Of a stretch of 64,000 nucleotides of DNA, positions 56,441 through 64,000 are shown piece by piece. This DNA is from Phallusia mammillata (taxonomy: Eukaryota): the NCBI GenBank assembly GCA_965637545.1, contig OZ281501.1:8990001-9054000 (forward strand), read 5' to 3'. The notes beneath the pieces were generated by a model that did no database searches, was not told the origin of the DNA, and saw only the letters and a program-made list of their open reading frames with translations. Each line of letters opens with the position of its first letter. The stretch's first letter is position 1. A program made the position numbers and the translations under genes.

Positions 56441-59016
56441 AGCTAAAAGTTACATTGAAAGTTTTTTGTTCTGCTAATGCCACTGTCGCGGACTGTGCGG
56501 TGCGGTAAACATATTGTATTAAGGGGAAAACATATTTGATAATGGGCTAATACTTTCTGAACTTATTTACATAATTATTGTGTTATTGCACAATTGTTGG
56601 TTATGTCAAAATGTCAGAAGTGCTGTTTGATATTTTTTTTGTATTTTAATTTGTTTTCAAATTACTAAGCTTCGTTTACCTTTTCTATCCGGACCATTGA
56701 CAAAACTAATTGAGTAACCCTGGTCTAAATGGTAAATGCCATTACATCTGTTGGTATAATATAATATCTTTCATGATAAAAATATGATCTTTTGTGATTT
56801 TCTTAGGTCTATTCAATGAGTGCCGCAAAATAAGCAGTTGGGAGCCAAATTCGGCCCTGAGAACCGCGGTTAAGAATCATTGGCCTAGGGCTAGGGACGA
56901 TGCCAGTGGTTCCCAACCAATTGCAATGCTCAGGGGTGCCGGGAGGTATTGATATTGCTATACTGCGACCCATTCTTTATTTTAACTTTCACCCCTTAAA
57001 TGCGTTATTTATTTCTGACCGAGTTTCAATGTGTATAAAGTTTCGCGTCTCGCAGTTTTCCCAGCTCCATCCTGGAGATTCGCTTCGTGGGGAAGTCGCT
57101 TATGGCGGTAAGTAGATACTTCGCGGAAAGCGTTTGTTTTCTCGTCCAGTAAAAAAACAGAGTGAAACAGATTTTGACTCGTTGCGTTTCATTCCATAAA
57201 AATGTTTGAACAGCATAACGATGGAAAATTTAAGCGTAAACTTCTTCTCTTGTACATAAATACGTTTGTTAATGTTACTTTTAACTTGGCAAAGTCCACA
57301 TTTGCCTTTTTTATGTGTTAAGAATATACTCGAAAACAGGAACATGGACGTCAGTGAGAAAGGACATGTATAACTGCGAAATGCAAGACAAAATGTCCCA
57401 AAATAGAATATTACTTCACCCATACAAGCAAAACATGTAACTGAAAACCGTGTGAAATGTTCGTTTTATGGACTATTTGCGTTTTTTTATACTAGCTGCA
57501 AACGCTGCTCTAATGCAGCGTGCAAAAGTATAACGTGCAATTCGGGTGAAATATTGCATTTATCTACTTGGTCTGCTACTGATACCCTCGACCAGAAGGG
57601 ACTTTGATGTGTTTGGATGAAAAACACATCGGTAGTTAATTGACAATCATGCGTGAAATATGGATCATAAAATGCACGGTAGGGTGGTAAAAGGGTCACG
57701 TGGTAAGGCAAAAGCACGAATGGCGATAATTGCGCAGATAAAGACAAGTAATTCCTGCCGAATAGGTGTATCAGCTCTGCGGTTCTGGATTGTAGGATGA
57801 AGATAGGGTTGGCGATAATGATGTACATTGACGAGCATGGAACACGATATCTGTGAACAGAATGACAAAATGGTACGTGTTATGTTTGATGGTTACATGC
57901 AATTAACTTTATAATGTGCGGAATAGAACATGCACAAAATGTTAAGTGTACTAATGCCTCAACATTCCGCATTCTTAATCATTATCTTTTTGGAAATTTT
58001 ATTTTATTTTTTTATTTTTTTTGGTTTGTGGGCATATTTTAGATTAAACGCTTGGCATGGCAAGGGCAGAAATTCATTAGTATTTTCTTTCTACAAAAAC
58101 AGTAGTACATTCAAACAAAAATTCTGGTATATGTAGGCGTAATTTCTTTTTTAATTAAGGCACCGACTGACTGCGTAAAAGCCGCATGAAAAGCTAAGTT
58201 AGCTGATTGTCGGCGGATTGCTTCCTGTTGATCTTCGTCAATGTATCTGTCTCAGTACCGTCACGTGTGGGATGACGTGTCCGGCAAAATGTGCTGAGTA
58301 GCACTGCAAAAAAAACATAGGCTAAAGTTGTAGTAAAATTGGTGCGAAATGTTGCACAATGGTATCGAAATATAGTTGATAAATAGATAGTAATAATAGA
58401 TTAATAGATAGTACGTTTGATGTACCTTAAAAGTGAAGACCCTGTTGAGGCGAAAGGTTTCTTTATATATTATATAATTGAAAACAATATGTTGGCCATA
58501 AAGTTGATACGCTTCTATGTCGGTAACCTGGCCAGCGTTACAGTTGACAAATAGAGGACGTGTCGCTTAAGGGTTAGTATTCTTCATGGCCAGAGATCTT
58601 TTTAAGCACATTTGTGTGGTGGTGCAAGCTGTTTCTATGAGGACATTGCCTTGAGTAACCGCTGATCTATGTTTTCCTAATGCGTATGTTAGTGTTAAGC
58701 TCGGCATCAATTCCTTGTTGGCACGCAAGAGCAAAATCTTGGCTTATGGATGTGTGTATTTGAGAAATAATAAGTTAGATAGTTGATGACGTAGTTCGTC
58801 ATTAAAAGTGTCGACAATGTTGTTAAAAATGAGTAAATAGGAGTGACGCCAATAGTAATATTCGAATGCTTCATCATCGGTTGAAGTCTTACATTCAGAC
58901 AGTGATTGGATTATACGATTCATTGGAATCCGCAAATTGCATTGTTTAGCATGCTAAAAAATGAGTATCGTTTGCTGAGCTCGTTGCTCGATATATTTTG
59001 ATAGTAGATCTTATAG

Positions 59017-60839
59017 CAGTGGTTCTCAAAGTATGGGTCGCGACCCAAACATGGGTCGCGCAGGGTCAAAAAATGGGTCATTCGAATACAGGTTTTGCCA
59101 CCTTCGTGCTGTATTCGAATGATTTTGGCTTTCGTTCGATAGTGCATGAATACAATTCGAATAGTTGATGTTATCTTTTGAACCATCAATTCATGAATAC
59201 AAAAGCTTGAGTAAATTTATTCGAATACAATTCGAATTGTTGTCGGCCTTTGGCAACGTAACAATTCGTAAAATCGAATACATGACTACATTTGTACGAA
59301 TACAATTCGAATTGTTGTCACCCTGTTTCTACGTAACAATTAGCAAAATCGAATACATGACTACATTTTTACGAATACAATTCGAGTTGTCGATTACCTC
59401 CAGACTAGGAGTAGTCGAGAATATTTTGCTATATATTGTTGCCAAATAGATTCGAATACAATTCAAATTGGCAGTGAATGTGACCTGATTTGACAAGTTT
59501 ATGTTACGAAACAATGACACATAGAAGTGTAATTGTGACGTTACATAAATGGAATTGTGTTACAAAGCTTGCAGCATTGGGTTGTTCTCAGCACATGACA
59601 GGTGTAGCGTGTTCATGAAGCAAACATCTCATGTAAATTTGGTGAAATTTATATAACGGAGACTTAAATCAGTCAAGCTGAGGTGGCAAACAAAGCTCGT
59701 TTGTTTACATTTTTACCAATAAATTTGCAATTCATAAACCCATGTTACTTTTTGATCGAATACCTTTTAAGTTTCGGGGCTCTTTTATTTCTTTTATTTT
59801 CCGCAACTGCAAATATCCGAATCGGTGCATTCGAATGCTATTCGAATTGTTTGCTTCTTACTACAACTGAACAATTCGTGAATACAAATAACTAGAACTA
59901 TTAATTCGAATTACTACTTCTCAAAAAGTACGAAGTATTCATGAATACGAATACACGCCTGGGGTTTATTCGAATTACACGTTGTTGTTTTTTGGTCAAC
60001 TATTCATGAATACTAATATTCATGAATAGTCATGAATACTTGACACGTTTTATTCGAATACAATTCGAATTGCTGCCACCTTAGCATTACGAAACAATTC
60101 GTGAATACGAATACTTGACTCGCATTATTCGAATTGTCGAACTTTAAAAAGTGCGTAGAAGTCATGAATACGAATACATGTCTTGGTTTATTCGAATAGT
60201 ATTCGAATTACTTGTCGTTGTAGTTTGGTCAACAATTCATGAATACGAATACTTGACTCGTTTTATTCGAATACCATTCGAATTGCTGTCACTCAAAAAT
60301 TACCAAAATAATCATGAATTCGAATACAGTCATGCAGGTATTCGTAAAGTATTCGAATATAGGACGCGTGTATTCGACCCCATGTCTGGCCAGAACCAAC
60401 TTTTTTATTTCATTTTTAAAGTATTTTTAATTCTCCATCATAACTGAATTGTGGCTTCATCTCAGTAATAACCTGGAGTATTTCATCATAAGTGGTTTTC
60501 TGAAAGTTTTGATGGCAGCCAGCTAACTACAGCTAACTACAGCCTCACTCGACCACGTTGCTCAGTAAGATGAACCAGCTAATCATTACAGATTACAACA
60601 TACAACAATAGCCTTCCAACTTTACTGTTACGCATATGACGATTGTGACGTCATAACGCGCGGAATGATAGGACAAGTTAATCATGCGAAACTGAACATG
60701 GAGATGTAACAGTTAGCGTTCAAGAATGAGTAAGTATTCGTACAAGAAAAAATACATTTATTGATGTTTGAGGCTTGGTTCGAGAGATGTTCATAAACCT
60801 CAAATTTGGGTCGCGCTCAAAAAAGTTTGAGAACCACTG
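59017..60839. mobile_element. Large hAT (Buster-like) non-autonomous element containing a TTCGAA-rich repeat array
   Basis: TIR CAGTGGTTCTCAAA ... TTTGAGAACCACTG with subterminal TGGGTCGCG; perfect TSD TCTTATAG (59009-59016 and 60840-60847). Confidence 0.9.
59070..60385. repeat. Satellite-like array of about 70-75-bp units built on CGAATACAATTCGAATTG[T/C]TG
   Basis: Two clusters (about 59140-59470 and 59800-60385) with repeated TTCGAATAC, ATTCGAA and CATGAATAC motifs. Confidence 0.75.
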
Positions 60840-61224
60840 TCTTATAGTAACGTGTGTAGCTTGTCGCTCGAAATATTTTGGGTAGATTTGTGAATGGAGC
60901 TCGTTGCTCGGAATATCGTTTGTGGAGCTATTTGCTCAAAATGTTTATTTATTTTGCAGAAAACATGGCATAGGCGTGGTGTTGCGAGATCAGGAAGTCA
61001 ACTAGTTGGTGGTGTAGCAACAAAATATCGCGCGTAGGGGCGCTCTTGGCTGCCTAGGTTGCAGTAAAACACGGTATACACGTAAACATAGAATTAGTAT
61101 CATGGAGAAAAAACTTGGTGCTTCAACTACAGGGTGCAGGAAACATGTAATGATATATACAGGTTCAGCGGGAAAGAAGCTTATCGTAGTTGTACTGCTG
61201 AAAATTGGGCGGGCAATTTGTAAA

Positions 61225-62920
61225 TTAGATGTATAGCGAGCGGGGGCATGGAGGCTCAAAACCAGTGTTTCATACCGGAACGGAACGAAACCAGATAACG
61301 TTATTCGTTCTGAGCAAACTATTTATTTCGTTATTTCGTTCTGGACCGATATTTTCATTTCGTTCCGGTCTGACCGAAATAAATTTATAACGGTATTTTT
61401 CGGTATTTCGGTCTTAACAAACGAACATTTCTTTGTGGTCTTTGCAACTATAAAGCGAAAAAAGAAAGAAAGTTGCAACACACAAGAATTATTGTCGGTA
61501 GTTGTTACGTCACATAACATTTGTCAATGATGGTCAAACGGATGTAAATTGTAGGAGCTTCAATTTTTATTATAGCTTAACGGCGCGAAATTTTCAGCAA
61601 TTGTTTCATGACAAATGTCCAGAACGAAATACCGGAATAAAAAATAGCGGTATTTCGTTCCGTTCCGGTATTTGGAATATTTTTTATTTCGGTATTTCGT
61701 TCCGGTATTTGAGCCAAATATTATTTATTTCGTTCCGGTATAACGTTCCGTTCCGTTCCGGTATGAAACACTGCTCAAAACACTTTAAGGCGTTGTCTTT
61801 AAATCTTCGGTGGTTGGAGCAGATGGTGGGATTCGTATGTTGTTGGTTTAAGTATTATTGTTCTATGAATTGAGGGTTGCGTTCATATACTGGCCTTGTA
61901 TCAGTGGGAACGCTGTCGGGTTGATTATTCTGTCTGGGATTGTCACATCGTAGTTTGTTATAGGCGAATTGTTGATTATTTGGCTTGTAAGATAATTCTG
62001 TGGCTGACGTTGGGAAAAGTTGCGTTGTGGATAGTTGTTACGCTGTGATTGACCAAACGAAAAACCGCGTTGTTGATTGTTTGCGTTATTCGGGAAGGAT
62101 GGTTGTTTCTGACGTGACATATACATAAGAAGTTCGTCTATTTTTGCCTGAAGTCGTGCGATTTCTAAGGATTTTTCTGTTTGTGAAGGCGCCTTTGTGA
62201 CATCTTTCGCATATCGATCATAAAATTTTGCCATTTCCTCTAAAGTTTTTAATTGCGTGGCTCGTACGAGTGGGCGAACAGTATAAGGTAGCAAGGAAAG
62301 AAATTTATTTTCTACTACCTCTCGCATACCTTTCTTAGGCACATTGATAAAAGTTTTTGTAAGAGTGGAAACGCTGATTCATTGGGCGAAAACGTGACGT
62401 CATTGAGTGCTGATATCCAAGAACTTTTGGTGCTATTAATTTGCTCAATCATGAGTTGTTTTAACGTCGTATAAGGAGTTGTTGAGTCAGACGATTGCGT
62501 TACTGCGGTTTGAAATTGATTGGTTTGTTGCTCGGTTAGGTTTGTAGTTAATAATGAGTAGCGTGCATTTTCATCTATGACTTTATTTGCTAGGAAAAAG
62601 TTGTCTAGTACCTCAAAGTAGCTATTGATTCCGTTCGGGGAAGACCACATAGGTGGCAATTTTAGTACCGATAGCCTCATGATATTCAATTGTTGTTGTA
62701 CTATGTTTGGGGGGAATGATGCGTTTAAATTGCCTGGTGGTATTAAATCTTGCAAAAATTTGGATGGAGTTGGCTGTACCGGATTGTCGGCGTGATATAT
62801 CGTAGGTTCATTGCTAAGTTAAGGGCCTTCTATAGAGTCATTTATGCCGGCGGATGTCGCAATGGTTTGTGAAGCGCTGTCAACGCTTGGTTCTGTGACA
62901 GGCGTGATGGTCATTGACAT
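61225..62920 (-). mobile_element. Decayed Ty3/Gypsy-type gag remnant
   Basis: LKLPPMWSSPNGINSYFEVLDNFFLANKVIDENARYSLL..PYTTLKQLM, then (frameshift near 62340) KFLSLLPYTVRPLV..LEEMAKFYD, an N/Q-rich linker and the knuckle ICSNHRRFKDNALKC-FEPPCP split by a MITE. There is an in-frame stop near 62810. Confidence 0.75.
61263..61773. mobile_element. hAT MITE with CGTTCCGGTA/TTTCG repeats, inserted in the gag zinc knuckle
   Basis: TIR CAGTGTTTCATACCGGAACGGAAC ... GTTCCGTTCCGGTATGAAACACTG; perfect TSD CTCAAAAC (61255-61262 and 61774-61781). Confidence 0.92.
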
Positions 62921-63169
62921 AATGCGGCGTTTACTTCTCGTGTGAAAAGCTGGTCCTATGTCTATTTTAGTTTCCGCTGAATACGTTGTCACTTGTTTGC
63001 CTTTATCAGGACAACCTAATTTAGCTAAACGTATAATGTCTGTCAGTTTGCTAATCTAAAGGTTACGTGGGAAGAAAATTTTGTCCCTATTGAACAACCT
63101 GGGCTAACGAAACAATATATCGAACACACTGTTTAACCAAAATATGTGCCAGCTGAGTACAGCCTTGAA

Positions 63170-63560
63170 CGTAAAATAAAATTGGCCTAGACAAGGCCTG
63201 TAACAGCAAATCAAATTTGAGCATGCATAACATATACCTAGTTAAGTAACTTTCTTTACATTAATATCTGAGAAAGCAAGCATGCACCCTAAGATATAAA
63301 ATAAAATGACCTGGACAAGGCCTTAACAATTCAACAACAAAATGAACAATTTAACTTTAGGCGCACATAATATTAATGTATTAATTGAGTTTCTTTACTC
63401 TAATGTTTGCAAAGACATATCCAAACCCTTGGACGTGAAATAGAATGGCCTGGACAAGGCCCGTATTTACAACTTAAATTTAGGCGCATACAATATTATC
63501 GTATTAAATAAATTTCGACATTAATGGTTGTAAAAACAAGCACAAAATCACACATGTAAA
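63170..63560. repeat. Three degenerate tandem units of about 125-140 bp
   Basis: The anchor AAATA[A/G]AAT[T/G][G/A]CCT[A/G]GACAAGGCC recurs near 63175, 63299 and 63437, followed by shared TAGGCGCA/GCATGCA and TTTCTTTAC segments. Confidence 0.65.
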
Positions 63561-64000
63561 TCGGACAACTTAACGTTTCATTTTGGTAATACTAGACAAA
63601 GTTTTGAATTAATTGGTTAATGTAAAGTACACATTAAAGGGATGCCAAGCGTAAAATCAGTACACTTACTCTGGTAAATTCCTGGATTCGAAGACGTTAA
63701 TCCTGTAGATCTCGAAACAGCAACGGTTTGGTGCAGCAGATTCCGGTGAGAATTCTAAGACGTCTGCTTGAAGTGGAAAATCTCTGGGCAAGTTCGCTCC
63801 AAAACACATTCGAAAGCACCAGTTTGCAGCGTTTAGCTCGATGACGTCTATATTTACTCAAAACGCTACAAGAAACAACAATGTTATTGCCTCGGTTATT
63901 GATGGATCCTCGTCCTGTCTGTTTTAACTTGTTGAACGCTGTCTTATTGACTTGAACTGCAGCAACATTAATTTGAGACATCCTATATTTTAAATCAGCT

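Noticed and set aside
57487-58935. Minus-strand ORF fragments downstream of the gag remnant as possible pol or env
   Set aside because: No protease, RT (YxDD), RNase H or integrase motifs were visible and the frames are broken.
63697-63981. 94-aa minus-strand ORF at the window edge
   Set aside because: No recognisable motif, and it is probably truncated or spurious; the context lies beyond the window.

Overview
AT-rich eukaryotic genomic DNA with short GT-AG introns; the compact genes and hAT-type MITE landscape suggest a marine invertebrate chordate such as an ascidian (inference only). Positions 1-32.7 kb hold the 3' portion (start lies upstream of the window) of one enormous gel-forming-mucin/VWF-family gene on the + strand. 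Its order is: six CysD (WxxW) domains with short Thr-rich spacers, one 39-bp PTS repeat exon, an F5/8-C domain, TIL/VWC and LDLa modules, a single 17.2-kb exon (7788-25025), two tandem VWD-C8-TIL assemblies (the second with GDPH), VWC-type modules and a C-terminal cystine knot. The 17.2-kb exon is the standout: instead of a PTS domain it carries 24.5 near-identical 684/690-bp units encoding 98 four-cysteine modules that look like VWF E (FnI-like) modules missing one disulfide pair. A complete 9-exon signal peptide-EGF-ZP-TM gene (442 aa) lies tail-to-tail with the mucin on the - strand. Two 4-exon PLAC8-family paralogs follow on the + strand. The rest is a transposon graveyard: many hAT MITEs with intact 8-bp TSDs, nested hAT elements, a Mutator-like MITE, a decayed intron-containing P-element-like transposase, a BEL/Pao pol remnant, a Gypsy-type gag remnant and satellite-like arrays. 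Exon boundaries were assigned by eye from splice consensus and reading-frame continuity.
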